Below are positions 36,585-48,889 of a stretch of DNA of 64,000 nucleotides, piece by piece. Each line of letters opens with the position of its first letter. Position 1 is the first letter of the stretch. Source of the stretch: Sphyrna mokarran (lineage: Eukaryota); NCBI GenBank assembly GCA_024679065.1, contig JAGIQG010000003.1:19530001-19594000 (forward strand). Direction: 5' to 3'. Below the pieces are notes generated by a model. The model made no database searches, had not been told where the DNA came from, and saw only the letters and a list, made by a program, of their open reading frames with translations. The position numbers and the translations under genes are program-made.

Positions 36585-38445
36585 TGAGCTTAAAAAGGAA
36601 ATTAGGAGAGCCAGAAGGGGTCACGAGAAGGCCTTGGCAGGTAAGATTTAAGGAGAATCCCAAGGCCTTCTACAAATATGTGAAAAGTAAAAAGATGAGA
36701 AGAGAAGGGATAGGACCTATGAAAGGTGAAGGGGGAAAAGTCTATGTGAATCCAGAAGAAATGGCAGAGGTGCTTAACGAGTACTTTGCCTCGGTACTCA
36801 CGGTGGAAAGTGAACTGAGAGGTTGTACTGCAGGTTTGAGGCAAACGGAAATGATTGAGTATGTGCATGTTAGGAAAGAGGGTGTGTTAGATCTGTTAAA
36901 TTCTATCAAGATAGACAAGTCGCCAGGACCGGATGAGATGTACCCCAGGTTATTGTGGGAAGTGAGGGAAGTGGTTGTAGAGCCCCTGGCGATGATCTTT
37001 GCATCGTCCATGGAAACGGGAGAGGTTCCAGAGGATTGGAGGATTGCAGATGTGATTCCTATTTTTAAGAAAGGGAACAAGGATAGTCCAGGAAATTACC
37101 GACCGGTGAGTTTGACTTCAGTGGTTGGTAAGTTGATGGACAGGCTTCTGAGGGAGAAAATTTATGAACATTTGGAGAAGTTTAGAATGATCAGAAATAG
37201 GCAGCATGGTTTTGTCAAGGGCAGGTCGTGCCTTATGAGCCTAGTTGAGTTCTTTGAAATTGACGAAGGAAGAGCGGTGGACGTGGTGTACATGGACTTT
37301 AGTAAGGCGTTTGATAAGGTCCCCCGTGCAAGGCTTCTGGAGAAGGTGAGAGGGCATGGGATCCAAGGGGCTTTGGCCTCGTGGATCCAGAACTGGCTTG
37401 CCAGCAGAAGGCAGAGACTGGTTGTGGATGGGTCTCTTTCTGCATGGAGGCCGGTCACCAGTGGAGTGCCCCAGGGATCTGTTCTGGGACCCCTGCTGTT
37501 TGTCGTTTTCATAAATGACCTGGATGAGGAAGTGGAGCGATGGGTTAGTAAGTTCGCCGACGATACAAAGGTCGGTGGTGTTGTGGATGGTCTGGAGGGA
37601 TGTCAAAAGTTGCAGCGGGACATAGACAGGATGCAAGACTGGGCGGAGAAGTGGCAGATGGACTTCAACGCGGATAAATGTATAGTGATCCGTTTTGGCA
37701 GGAATAATGGGATGAAGGAGCACAATATCAGGGGTAGGAGTCTTAGCTGTGTTGGATCTTGGGGTCCGGGTCCATAGGACTTTTAAATCGGCCTCGCAGG
37801 TGGAGGAAGTGGTCAAGAAGGCGTATGGTGTACTGGCCTTCATTAATCAAGGAATTGAGTTTAGGAGTCAGGAGGTAATGATGCAGCTCTATAAGACCCT
37901 TGTCAGACCCCACTTGGAGTATTGTGCGCAGTTCTGGTCGCCTCACTATAGGAAGGATGTAGAGGCTATTGAGAGAGTTCAGAGGAGATTTACAAGGATG
38001 CTGCCTGGATTGGGAGGCAGGCCTTATGAAGATAGGTTGAGGGAGCTGGGACTCTTCTCACTGGAGAGACGTAGGTTGAGAGGCGACCTGATAGAGGTTT
38101 ATAAAATGTTGAGAGGAATAGATAGGGTGCATTCTCAGAGACTATTTCCCCGAGCTGAAATGGTCACTACGAGAGGACACAGATTTAAGGTGCAGGGAAG
38201 CAAATACAGAGGGGATGTTAGGGATAAGTTTTTCACTCAGAGGGTGGTGAGTGAATGGAATCAGCTGCCGTTGGAGGTGGTAGAGGCAAACTCGCTGAGG
38301 TCTTTTAAAAGACTTCTGGATGAGTATATGGGAACTAGTGGGATAGGGGGTTATAGATAGGTCTGCGGATTGGTAGATATAGATGTGATTGGCGCAACTC
38401 ATGGGCCGAAGGGCCTGTTTGTGCCGTAGTGTTCTATGTTCTATG
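36585..38445 (+). mobile_element. CR1 LINE, 5'-truncated, young (same subfamily as 21219-22765)
   Basis: ORFs 36680-37777 and 37749-38360 with YRPVSLTS, DFSKAFD, PQGSVLGP and FADD. Frameshifting deletion near 37753. Tail TGTTCTATGTTCTATG. Confidence 0.95.
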
Positions 38446-38514
38446 AGTAAACTTTGAACGGCAAAATGACAATTCACCAGATCCTTGATGGGAGGTAAAA
38501 TAAATCCATTTCCA

Positions 38515-38830
38515 GGGGCAGCATGGTAGCACAATGGTTAGCACTGCTGCTTCACAGCTCCAGGGACCTGGGTTCGATTCCCAGCTCAGGCCTCTGTGTG
38601 GAGTTTGCACATTCTCCTCGTGTCTGCTGGGTGCTCCAGTTTCCTCCCACAGTCCAAAAATATGCAGGATAGTTGATTGGCCATGGCAAATTGCTTCTTA
38701 GTATCCTGAGATGCATACGTCAAAGGGATTAGTGGATAAAATACGCGGCGGTACAGCCTGGGTGGGATAGTGTTTGGTGCAGACTCAATGCACCGAAGGG
38801 CTCTTTCTGCACTGTAGGGTTCTGTGATTT
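38515..38830 (+). mobile_element. Full-length V-SINE (HE1-like)
   Basis: A-box TAGCACAATGG, B-box GGTTCGATTCC, V-core and CR1-type tail. Confidence 0.9.
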
Positions 38831-40134
38831 GATAAATGGCCTAGTTTTTTTTCAGGGTTTGCGTACACATTTCTCTCTATCTTTTTTGTCTGTGAGCAAG
38901 CATATTTCTAACAGTATATAGTATAGGACTTCTTAAGTGCTGAATTCACACCACTGCATTGCTCGTCTTACAAATGAGTTTTGGGATTATTTATTTAACT
39001 TGGGAGAAATGAAGGTGGTCATGTGATCAAAGTCTGCCTGCTATGGCTGAATGGCCAATGTCAACAGCAACAAGAACAGTTAAGAGCTACATTCAAACAT
39101 GCTGGGAATTTTGGTCACGTTAAATACTGATACAGGTCAGAGAAGGCTGAAGCAAGTCATGCATGACCTATCCTAAGTCCTGATCTGACACCTTCTGTGT
39201 TGATGAGATAACGATGGTTATTTGGATGAGTGCCAGACGGACTGGAGCCACTGTTTACTGCCTAATGTCACTTACATGCAACTTGATGTAAATATTTGAG
39301 GGTTGTTACAAGTAAATCTATTGGTTATAATCGAACGTTGTGATCAGTTTCCGGTAATATCGTTAGTTGAATGTCAGAGGACTCTGTTCAAAGGAAAAAG
39401 TTTGAAGTAAAAAGAGGTTTTTTTACTTGAGTCTTTTACTCAGCGGAAACTCCAGAATCACATCCACAACGTGTGCCCTGAAAGTCAGCTTCAGAGAAGA
39501 ACAGCGAAACAACAGATCCAATCTCAAGTGCGGACTTAGACAGTTCACTCAAGTGGGTAGTATTAGCTTTCAGTCAAAACTTAAAGTTAAATGAGTTAGT
39601 GTTGAAGTTAAATGGCTTCAAGTTAAGGTTGAAGTTAATTGAATTGTGTTAAAGTAAATGTTACGCCTAACGTCTATTTATGTTAAGTATTGATACCTGT
39701 AACACTAAATAAAGAGGGAGTTTTGCTAACATGAAATCTGAGTCGACTCTGTCTTTTATTAGTCATACAAGGGGAAAGTATCTGGGGAAGAAGGTTTAAA
39801 TATTCTATTTGGATAACATTGAAAACAGGCTTGGGTTATGTGGTTGTTAACTAAAGGAAAGCCCAGATTATTTGGCTGGAGAGAAGATGCAAGGTATTCA
39901 CACTTGAATGCGAGGTGCTGCTGCCATTGATTCGACAGTGGTTAGTTAGACTGCTCATCTCTAGTCTCTGCAGGAAGATTTCAGAGTGTTAGGTTGTAAA
40001 CAGTGTGCTTTTAAACTGTTCACTAACTGCCTAAATAAGAGAGTCGGGGTCTCAAGGATAGCTTGTCAGCATTTCTACCTTGAAACAAGATCTATGTGAT
40101 TCGCACTACCATGGAGCTGGGCTTTGAGAAAGGA

Positions 40135-40775
40135 GACCAAAAGAGAAAATGCTGGAAAATCTCAGGTCTGGCAGCATCTGAAAGGAAAGAGCTAATGTTT
40201 CAAGCCCAGATGACTCTTGTTAAACCTAAAATGCATGGAAAGGGAAGATATTTATACTGCTGGGTGAGAGAATGAAAGATGAGTCATAGCCACAAAAACA
40301 AGAGGAATGGCTGCTAATGGCAGTCCATCAAGAGAATAAAAGATGTGAATGGCCAAAGTACAGAGAAGCTTTAATCAGAAGTTAGCTGTGACAGATGAAG
40401 ACGTGAGGGGGGGGGGGGGGGGGAATGGGGGGAGAGATATAAAATGGAGAAAAGGTAAAGGAAGGGGATAAAACAGAGATGAAGAAACATAAAGATAATG
40501 AAGAAATAAAAGGCAGAAAACAGGTAACAATGAAATGAAATCAAAGAGGTTGAAATGAGGTAGAGCTAATTATCTGAAGTTTTTGAATTCAATGTTGAGA
40601 AGGGAAGGCTGTCATGCACCAAGCCGGAAGATGAGTCCTTTCAGTTTGTTTTGAGCTTCACTGGAACTTTGCAGCAAGCCAAGAGCAGATATGTGGGCAC
40701 GGGAGCAGGATCGTGTGTTAAAATGGCAAGCAACCTGGCCTGATTACGCACAGACTTAAGGTGCTCAGCAAAGAG
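40135..40775 (-). mobile_element. Penelope-like element 3' end (third family)
   Basis: Minus strand gives FAEHLKSVR and VACHFNTRSCS..LGLLQ..LIFRLG..QP..LNIEF (GIY-YIG C-terminus). The pLTR has AAGAGTCATCTGGGCTTGAAACATTAGC. Confidence 0.75.
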
Positions 40776-42027
40776 ATCCTTTGAGAAAGAAGATGTTTTT
40801 AAGATATCCCTGATACACACATCAGGAGAGGCACACAAATGCTAATTTTTGAGAGTCAGGAATGCAGAAGAGACAGACAGCCCAGTGTATGGTGAGCAGA
40901 AAGAGCCAAGGGTATAATTGTAAATGCCTATAGAAGCAAACAGGCCAGATTAACACCTCACTGGAAGGCCAGGCTAACAACAAGTTTGCCAACAGCAGAG
41001 GTACTTCTTGAAGTCTTTTCGCTAAATTAATCCAGAAACCTTTGTAAAGGACAGTTTACCTATTTTTTCTGAACCAGGCAAAGATCCTTCCCAGACTGGG
41101 TCATCCTCCTGGTATTATGTGGTAACTATAAGCTGGATTTAATTTATAGATTTATTTTAAGGTGGATGTTGTTTAGGAATGGGGAAGCAGGTATTAGGAA
41201 TATGGTTTGGAACAAGGAGTAATTTCTACCTAAAACTGTATTATTGCTGTGTTTATGTCTCTCATAGAATTATAGTCCTGTTGTGTGTATTTGTCTTTTC
41301 TTTCATTTAATAAATAACATTTAAAATTGGTACGCTATGGCTGGGATACTTATTCTCAGGGGGTGGTTTCGCGAGATTCGTCACACCATTTCAAAAAACA
41401 ATAATACATGCCAGCACGAACCAATGTCTCCTGTTGAGATGCCCTTGCAGATAACATCAGCATGGTTCATAACATGACCTCGAGCTGAGAATCACTTTGG
41501 ACTGATTTTTGGGAAAATCTGGTTATGACAGCGTAAAGTATACCTGGGGAAATTGATTTTTTTGGTTGTGTTGAAATCAAAAGTGGAAACTTTTGTAGTT
41601 TGAAGTATGATTTGTCTACACAAAGTGTTCAGTTAAAGGTGCTAACGTACTGTAACAGATTAAGTCTTAGAGTATGCAATCTTGTCATATTGTCCTTTCA
41701 GCTATCAGCTGAATGTTTAAACTTCTTTTAAAGTTATCAGTCTCCATGGGATTGTAACTTGGTCGATTTTTAAAACTATTCCTGTGGTTCACATAATGGC
41801 TTCCAACTCTCTCCCAGTACCAGTGAAGACTTTATTTCACCACTTATTCTTGACCATACTTCTTTCGAACCAAATATTAATGAAAAACCATGTTCAAACT
41901 GGACCCTCAAAGTATTTATGTTAACAGGTCTTGGGATGAAATTGAATATGGGTGATGATACAAAGTAGGTTTTATCACATCGACAGTTTGTTAAATGCCT
42001 TGTACTGTACTCAGTTCTGTTGATTGG

Positions 42028-42290
42028 GGTTAGCACTGCTGCCTCAGTGTCAGGGACCCTGGTTCAATGCGGGTCCATGCAGAATTTGCATGTTCTCCCC
42101 ATGTCTGTGTGGATTTCCTCCGGGTGCTCCGGTTTCCTCCCACAGTCTGAAGGACGTGCTGGTTAGGCCATGTTAAATTTTCCCTCAGTGTACCTGAACA
42201 GGTGCCAGAGCGCGGCGAGTAGGAGATTTCACAGTAACTTCATTGCAGTGTTAATGTAAACCTACTTCAGACACTAATAAACTTTAAAAC
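42028..42290 (+). mobile_element. V-SINE (TAATAAA-type tail)
   Basis: GGTTAGCACTGCTGCCTCA head, V-core and CAGTAACTTCATTGCAGTG tail. Confidence 0.85.
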
Positions 42291-43216
42291 TGTAAAAGAG
42301 GTAAATGGGGTGGCAAAGGCCAATTCACTGCCACCTTCTGTTTTGACTATGCTGGCATCACCATAATCCACCAACACTGGTGGTTAACAATGTGATAAAG
42401 TCCAGATTATTTTGTAATATTGGTTGAGGAACAGATATTGATCTGGACACCAAAGACAGCTCACCTTCAGGCATGGACAACCAATGGTGGCCTTGCCTGT
42501 AGCACATTCCTCCCACCCAGTGAAAACATTGCAGCACTGCCATGCCCAAGTTTACCTCAAAACATTGTTTAAGAAAATATTTAGAAATTAAGAAAATGTT
42601 TAGGAATGTAACAGAGGGGAACAAAGTGTGGAGTCACTTACCAACATGGTAGATAACGGATGCCTGAGCTGCTTTGCAACATGTCCAATCTTCTGGCCCT
42701 GTCGCAGGTCCTGTGTCCTGGGTGGGGAGGTCCACCGTGAGAGAGTCAGTCCGCGGCTTGAATGCCGCCCAGCAGCCTGACCCGGGCCCTGCTGCTGCTG
42801 AGGGAGGTGAGCACAGAGCAGCAGCCAAGGGGAGGCCTGGCTTGACCCGGTCCTTCAGATAGAGGTGATTGGCAAGGCCGCAGGTGGTGAAGTGGCACAT
42901 GCCATCCCCGGCTTGCCCCTCCCCCTGCTCCAACGGGATAGGGTGCGGTGTGGGGACTATCTCCCTAATTCACTGGCAGCTGTGGTCACTGAAACCCCCA
43001 GGCGAGCAGTGACAATGCCGCCAAAAACATCCCCCACATTGCTCCCTTCCAAGAGCTAGGAAGATCCCTAAAATGTTAGCAAAGTTCTTTCATTAGCCAG
43101 GGGCCTCTGAATGTGACCTGTTAGATACTCTGGATAATGTGAAAAAGATCAACTTTACTAAAGATTTTTTTTAGACATTCTGTATAATGTTCAAGAATAA
43201 ACTTTAATTTTTTTTA

Positions 43217-43446
43217 CAGTAAGAGTCTCACATTACCAGATTAAAGTCCTGGTTAAATTAAATCAGGTTGGTATGAAATCATGAACTTTTGGAGCCCTGC
43301 TCCTTCATCTGGTGCTCCTTCATCCTCACTTGATAAAGAAGCAGCACTTCAAAGGCTCATGATTCCAAATAAATCTGGACTTTAACCTGATGTTGTGAGA
43401 CTTCTTACTATGCCCATGCCAGCCCAACGCTGGTATGTCCATGTCA
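43217..43446. mobile_element. Palindromic mini Penelope pLTR insert
   Basis: Two inverted pLTR halves (CAGTAAGAGTCTCACA... / ...TGTGAGACTTCTTACT) with degenerate hammerhead cores. Flanked by a duplication of about 37 bp (43160-43197, 43447-43482). Confidence 0.75.
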
Positions 43447-43675
43447 AAGTTTTTTTTAGACATTCTGGACAATGTTCAGGAGTTTACTAAGATTTTACTA
43501 AAGTCTTTTTTCCCAGAACATTTTGTTTCTTGTAAAACAGCATCTTTTCAGCATCAATATTACAATTTAGAATAAGCTTCAATGTGTTTACACACATTTT
43601 TAATGTATAGCTATAGAGATGTAAGATCCTTGAATGTTTAGTCAGAACTGATTCAATTTCTAGTGCTGACTTAAA

Positions 43676-43695
43676 TTCATTTATTTTCTTTCCAG
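43676..43695 (+). promoter_or_regulatory. 3' splice acceptor of the ZBTB38 coding exon
   Basis: Polypyrimidine tract ttcatttattttctttcCAG directly abutting the ATG at 43696. Confidence 0.8.
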
Positions 43696-46600
43696 ATGAT
43701 TATCATGCCTTCAAGTACAGATATGATGGACAATTCCCACAGCCAGACTGTCCTTTGTTGCTTAAATGAACAGCGCACCAAAGGTGTTTTCTGTGACGTT
43801 ACCATTGTTGTCGAAGACGCCAAGTTTAAAGCCCACAAAAATGTCTTGGCAGCGTCCAGTGTTTACTTTAAGAACCTCTTTTCGAGCCAGGAATTGTGGT
43901 TGGTTGGCCCTATCCTGGAACTGCCTGATTTCAAGGCAGACGTGTTTGCAGAAATACTGCATTTCATTTACAGCGCTAAGGTGGTTGTCAAAGGGTCCGA
44001 GAGAGTTAACGAACTTGTTGATGCTGGAAAAAGATTAGGGATATCATTTTTGGAAAATCTGATGCCTGTCCCTCAGCAACATATTGGATCTTTAGACGCT
44101 CTGTACAGCTGTTCACCAAATTCTTCTCAGTCAGTTTCTCCTGTTTCCTCCCTCTCCTTGCCAACAAGTCTACAAAACCTCAAAGCAGAGGTCTGCAATT
44201 CTGTGAGTGACAAAGGCAGTGAAGATTTCCATTTTGTAAATGGACCCCGAATCACAAACGCATTTTCAATTTTTGACATGCAGGCTGGCACTGACATGTA
44301 TTTTCCAGTTGATTTAACAACTAATGTCAACAGAAAAGCAATAGAAGCTGATAAACTGTCCATGGTGTGTGTTGCCCAGGATGCAAATGGTGTACAGCAG
44401 ACGCCTGCTCATACTTTTGATGAACATTCCTATGCTGTATCTTCCAATAGAAAAGATCAGGAAAACATTGATCCTTCTTATGGACTTCAAGTACAGGAAC
44501 CTATAGAAGAAAATGAAAAGCCTTTATGTAACCTTAATAGCAATACTTCTAATTCTGGAGCTGTACAGGAGATGCAGTTAAAAGACCAAATTTGCAAAGT
44601 CCCTCAACCACTGAATATTGCTAGCTCAACTGGCTTTAACGTTCTACGATTTAACTTGAATGCGCTACAAACTGCAAATGATAATAGCCCAGTAAATTTT
44701 GTGCCAGTTACCAGCTCGTTAAATGGGCCTAATGTGAATACTGAGGAAACTGTAAGTGAAGGCGATGATGCAGAGAAAGATTCTCCTCCTGTGAGCAAAC
44801 CAATATCTGTTTGGTCTGACACTGTGCCAGTGGTGTCACACCAAACCCCCTATACATGTAAATATTGCCCACGGTCCTTTAGCACTCGAGTATCATTGAA
44901 TGTTCATTCCCAGATCCACACAACGCTTTTGGAAAAGCCCCTGTCTTGTAGGCATTGTGGCAAACCATTTGTTCACCTGAAGAGGCTGCAGACTCATGAG
45001 CATATTTGCAGAGGCCCAGGAACAGCTTTGTCTGATCGTGAATCAACTGACGAGCAAGTGGAGAATGTTTCCAGTGACAATGAAGTTGCCAGCAGTGAGG
45101 AAGATCCAAATTCAATTTCTCATGCTTTGGGTCTAGAAAATTCCACCAACCCCCCAGTGAATTTGGTGCGATCCAGGAGAGGCAGCAGCTCACCAGAACC
45201 AGAACACTTTGTAAAAGTTGTTGAGGGACACATTTTGTATTTCTGCAGTGTTTGCAAGCGTTCCTATGTAACTTTGTCCAGTTTAAAGAGACACGCCAAT
45301 GTTCATTCTTGGCGGAGAACTTATCCCTGTCATTACTGCAATAAGGTGTTTGCATTAGCCGAATATCGCACTAAACATGAGATATGGCACACTGGAGAGA
45401 GACGATATCAGTGCATCTTCTGTTTAGAGACCTTCATGACGTACTATACTTTGAAAACCCATCAAAAATCTTTTCACGGCATTGACCCAGGTCTTCCCAC
45501 AAACAAGAAAGCAGCAAGTGGAGGATACAGGGCTAAGATGTATCCATTTAAACTCTATAGACTTCTACCTATGAAGCAACAAAAAAGACCTTACAAGACT
45601 TACACTCGATCTTGTCCAGACAATCAGAACAACAATCAAGTCGTTGGAATTTCTTCAACAGATGAAAATGTCAGTTCTCTTGACATCAATAACTTTTCCA
45701 TCAGTAATCCATCATCCACTTCAGAGTGTTTACAGGACAAGTTGTTTTCTTCAGAAACTATTCCTTCACAGCAGTCTTCCCATTGTGCATCACTGCCCTT
45801 CATCACAGCTCAGGATGGGTTGGCTGAAGGAGGTGCAAGAGAAACATGCCCCTCAGCTGAATGTGAAGACAACCCATCCTGTCACCCTCACGATCCCTTG
45901 CTTTCTTGCACATCAACAAAAAATGGAACCTATAATGATGATAAAAGTGGTACTGATAATGGGCAACAAGGCTTGGCCACTAATGTGCAAAATACAGGTC
46001 TTTCTGTTATTAATTATGGGCACTCTGTTCCCTCTGTTATAATGCACAGCAATAGGGTTTCATCTGTCATAAAGCATGGGAATGCATTTTCTTCTGTTAT
46101 CACTTACAGCACTGGCACACCGTCTAGTACTGATGCTTCTCAGCCACTTCCACAGACCCAACAGAGCAAAGATTCTTCAGAGACAAATCCAAGGAAAAGT
46201 ATTTCTAAAGATTGTGTGAAGTTGTTGGGTAAAGGTGCCCATAAGAAGTCAGCAGAAACAACAAAGGGAAGTGGACAAGTTGCAGGACAGGGAACTACAC
46301 AAAAGAATCGTTCAAGTACCTTTTCTGAAGATAGCCGCACAGAAACCTACATTGCAAAGCCTGCCTTCCCTGGAAGCTCCACCGACAGTCAGATAGCTCC
46401 CCTTTGCCAAATCACAGTGAAGATTGGGGATAAAGCAGTTGTGCAAAGACAGGTGACTGGATCCAAACAGGTACGTAAAAAAGGCAGAAAGCCTAAATGG
46501 ATGATTCAAAATGAAGAAAAGATGGTCCAGGATTCTAAGGTGGGAGAAAATGAACAAATTACCAAGTCACCTAGTCATACAGATCCAACTGGCAGTATTG

Positions 46601-47844
46601 CAGATCCTGCTGGAGGCATTGAAACGTGTGATGAAATGAGTGATCATGATTCAAATGACAAACTTTGGCGGCCTTACTACACATATAAACCAAAAAAAAG
46701 AGCCAAAGCTTTTCATAAATTGAGGAAATCAAGATGGAAGAAAAAAGATGGACACAAGGTTGTTAACCACACGGATTCAAAGGATTTTGACTCCCCAGAA
46801 GGAATTGTTATAAATAAAGAGATTAATGATGTATCTCCAGGATTTAGCTGTGCACTTGGTGATAAAATAGAATATCCTGAAGAGGAGATGGAAGGACAGC
46901 TAAAATGCCACTCCTCTACGAAACCTCCTTATTCATGTAGCATTTGCACAAAATCATTTCCAAACTCTTCTACCTTGAAGATGCATGTAAGATGTCACAC
47001 TGGTGAGCAACCTTTCTCCTGCAAAACCTGTGGGCGACGGTTTTCAGTCCAAGGAAACCTCCACAAGCATGAACGCATTCATTTGGGTGTTAAAGAGTTT
47101 GTGTGCGTCCACTGCAACAAGGCCTTCACTTTGAGCGAGACCCTGAAAAAGCATGAAAGGATCCACACTGGGGAGAAGCGGTACCGCTGTCACTTCTGCC
47201 CTCAGCGTTTCCTCTACTTGACGACTAAGAAGAACCATGAGCAGAGACACTTGGAAAAAAAGCGGACTGTGCAGGAAGGAAAGGAACACGCTTGTTCTCA
47301 GTGTTCTAAGGTATGCAAAACAGCAGCTGCACTTGGAATGCACCAAAGAAAACACTTAAAGCGTTCTGTTTGTGAGGATGCAGAAGGATTGTTGAACTAC
47401 CAAAGTGATCTCCATACAAATGTGATGACTTGCTCAACTGTAACAGAATCCAAGCTTAACAATGGAGCAGAGGCAGAGTACAAACCAAAATTGTCAATCA
47501 CTTCAGGTAACATTGAACAGATTCGTTGTACGCTCGACACAGAGTTCAGTCCTGATTGTAGTCAACCTGATTTGCCAACCGTTTTACAAAAGACTAAGAG
47601 TGCAAAGTCCTCATGGTCAAGTGCTCAAAATATAGGTCCAGATCTTTTTCAGAGAACACTACCACAGAATAGTGAGAACATTTGGCAGGTTCACCAGCAA
47701 AACCTAGACATTAATCTGCCTCTTTGCACAAATGTTTCTTATCAGTGTGAGAATAGCAACAGAGATGATGGCACACTTGCTTTCTATCAACATTCTTCTA
47801 AAATGATTTATCAAGGGGAAGGAATGGTCTATAAAGCGATGTGA
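43696..47844 (+). CDS. ZBTB38: Zinc finger and BTB domain protein 38 (Kaiso/ZBTB4/ZBTB38 methyl-CpG-binding family), single coding exon, 1382 aa
   Basis: Intact ORF with an N-terminal BTB domain (LNEQR..FCDVTIVVED.KFKAHKNVLAASS). Carries NGPRITNAFSI, EHSYAVSS and a PVDLT CtBP-type motif. Ten zinc fingers in a 2+3+5 arrangement, including the Kaiso-type triplet (CKRSYVTLSSLKRHANVHSWRRTYPCHYCNKVFALAEYRTKHEIWHTGERRYQCIFC) and the ZBTB38-type C-terminal fingers (STLKMHVRCHTGE..FSVQGNL.KHERIHLG..KTAAALGMHQ). Confidence 0.92.
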   Translation: MIIMPSSTDMMDNSHSQTVLCCLNEQRTKGVFCDVTIVVEDAKFKAHKNVLAASSVYFKNLFSSQELWLVGPILELPDFKADVFAEILHFIYSAKVVVKGSERVNELVDAGKRLGISFLENLMPVPQQHIGSLDALYSCSPNSSQSVSPVSSLSLPTSLQNLKAEVCNSVSDKGSEDFHFVNGPRITNAFSIFDMQAGTDMYFPVDLTTNVNRKAIEADKLSMVCVAQDANGVQQTPAHTFDEHSYAVSSNRKDQENIDPSYGLQVQEPIEENEKPLCNLNSNTSNSGAVQEMQLKDQICKVPQPLNIASSTGFNVLRFNLNALQTANDNSPVNFVPVTSSLNGPNVNTEETVSEGDDAEKDSPPVSKPISVWSDTVPVVSHQTPYTCKYCPRSFSTRVSLNVHSQIHTTLLEKPLSCRHCGKPFVHLKRLQTHEHICRGPGTALSDRESTDEQVENVSSDNEVASSEEDPNSISHALGLENSTNPPVNLVRSRRGSSSPEPEHFVKVVEGHILYFCSVCKRSYVTLSSLKRHANVHSWRRTYPCHYCNKVFALAEYRTKHEIWHTGERRYQCIFCLETFMTYYTLKTHQKSFHGIDPGLPTNKKAASGGYRAKMYPFKLYRLLPMKQQKRPYKTYTRSCPDNQNNNQVVGISSTDENVSSLDINNFSISNPSSTSECLQDKLFSSETIPSQQSSHCASLPFITAQDGLAEGGARETCPSAECEDNPSCHPHDPLLSCTSTKNGTYNDDKSGTDNGQQGLATNVQNTGLSVINYGHSVPSVIMHSNRVSSVIKHGNAFSSVITYSTGTPSSTDASQPLPQTQQSKDSSETNPRKSISKDCVKLLGKGAHKKSAETTKGSGQVAGQGTTQKNRSSTFSEDSRTETYIAKPAFPGSSTDSQIAPLCQITVKIGDKAVVQRQVTGSKQVRKKGRKPKWMIQNEEKMVQDSKVGENEQITKSPSHTDPTGSIADPAGGIETCDEMSDHDSNDKLWRPYYTYKPKKRAKAFHKLRKSRWKKKDGHKVVNHTDSKDFDSPEGIVINKEINDVSPGFSCALGDKIEYPEEEMEGQLKCHSSTKPPYSCSICTKSFPNSSTLKMHVRCHTGEQPFSCKTCGRRFSVQGNLHKHERIHLGVKEFVCVHCNKAFTLSETLKKHERIHTGEKRYRCHFCPQRFLYLTTKKNHEQRHLEKKRTVQEGKEHACSQCSKVCKTAAALGMHQRKHLKRSVCEDAEGLLNYQSDLHTNVMTCSTVTESKLNNGAEAEYKPKLSITSGNIEQIRCTLDTEFSPDCSQPDLPTVLQKTKSAKSSWSSAQNIGPDLFQRTLPQNSENIWQVHQQNLDINLPLCTNVSYQCENSNRDDGTLAFYQHSSKMIYQGEGMVYKAM

Positions 47845-48889
47845 AGAGGTTCAATTCTGCGGAGTTAATCATTTCTTGCGCTATAGAATGGAGTGTGATG
47901 TTACTTGAAATCCAAAATGTTTAAATTAAAAGCACATTATTTTGTTTTATTTTTTAAATGTGCAACAAGTGATGACAAAGGTATTAAAGGTCAAATTCTT
48001 AAGGGAGATGGGAAAGAAGACAAGTTCCATTGTTTTCTTGGAAGGAAATGGATATCACATTTTCTCCTAAAGTACTAATCTCCCAGATAGCTCCTAAAAT
48101 TTAGTCCCTTGCTTTAAACACAGTTATTTTCAAACAAGAGAATGCAGGCAACTAATTTCTTTATTATTGCAATTTATGCAAGTTTCCAATGCAGAGAAGC
48201 AAGTTCATGCAGTATTAGTTTAAACAAATTTGGAAACCAAGTTAATCTTATTTTCAAATGAATTAAGAGCAAATAGTTTTAATGTAAAGCAACAACTGTC
48301 CAAGATTCCTGACTTCTAAAATACTGGACTGTATTGCAAAAAAAGACGACTTGTAGAAGTCTTGTATGTGTACAGATACATATATGTATATTTGTGTGTA
48401 TATAAATATCTGTCCCTTTCATTACAGTAAGATACAAATGTAGATACGTGATGTACACTGTGCCCACAAGTAAAGGCCTGTCAAAAATTTGTTCTTTTTA
48501 AGAACCAGTTTTGTTAAATCACTTTTTTCTCTCTCTCTTTTCAAAGTGGTACTTAATGGCATCTCAATCCTTTGAGTAAAGAAAAACTGTGATGTCAGTT
48601 TGCTCTTGCCAGAGTATAACATACTTTAGTTTTGATTTTTTTTTAACCCAGAAAAGTGTGTATGAAACATTTAAGGAGTTTTCCTGATGTACATATTGGC
48701 AATAACTTGAAATTCCATCCTATAAACTTGTGACTGTTGTTGGATTAATGTTCCATGTAACAAAGTGTAAAGCAATTAGTCAAACCAAGGGTTACTTTTT
48801 TTTTGGGGGGGGGGGGAGGGCAGTGTGGAAGGGCATAGGTACTTTTTGTGTTAATGTAGATGACATTGATGATGGAATTAATTTGATGT

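Noticed and set aside
38515-38590. tRNA gene suggested by the A and B boxes
   Set aside because: It is the tRNA-derived head of a V-SINE, followed directly by the V-core and a LINE-type tail.
39304-39818. Solo LTRs (TGTTA...TAACA); similar candidates at about 18288-19292 and 40790-41474
   Set aside because: Termini and AATAAA are suggestive, but I found no matching TSD or second copy in the window.
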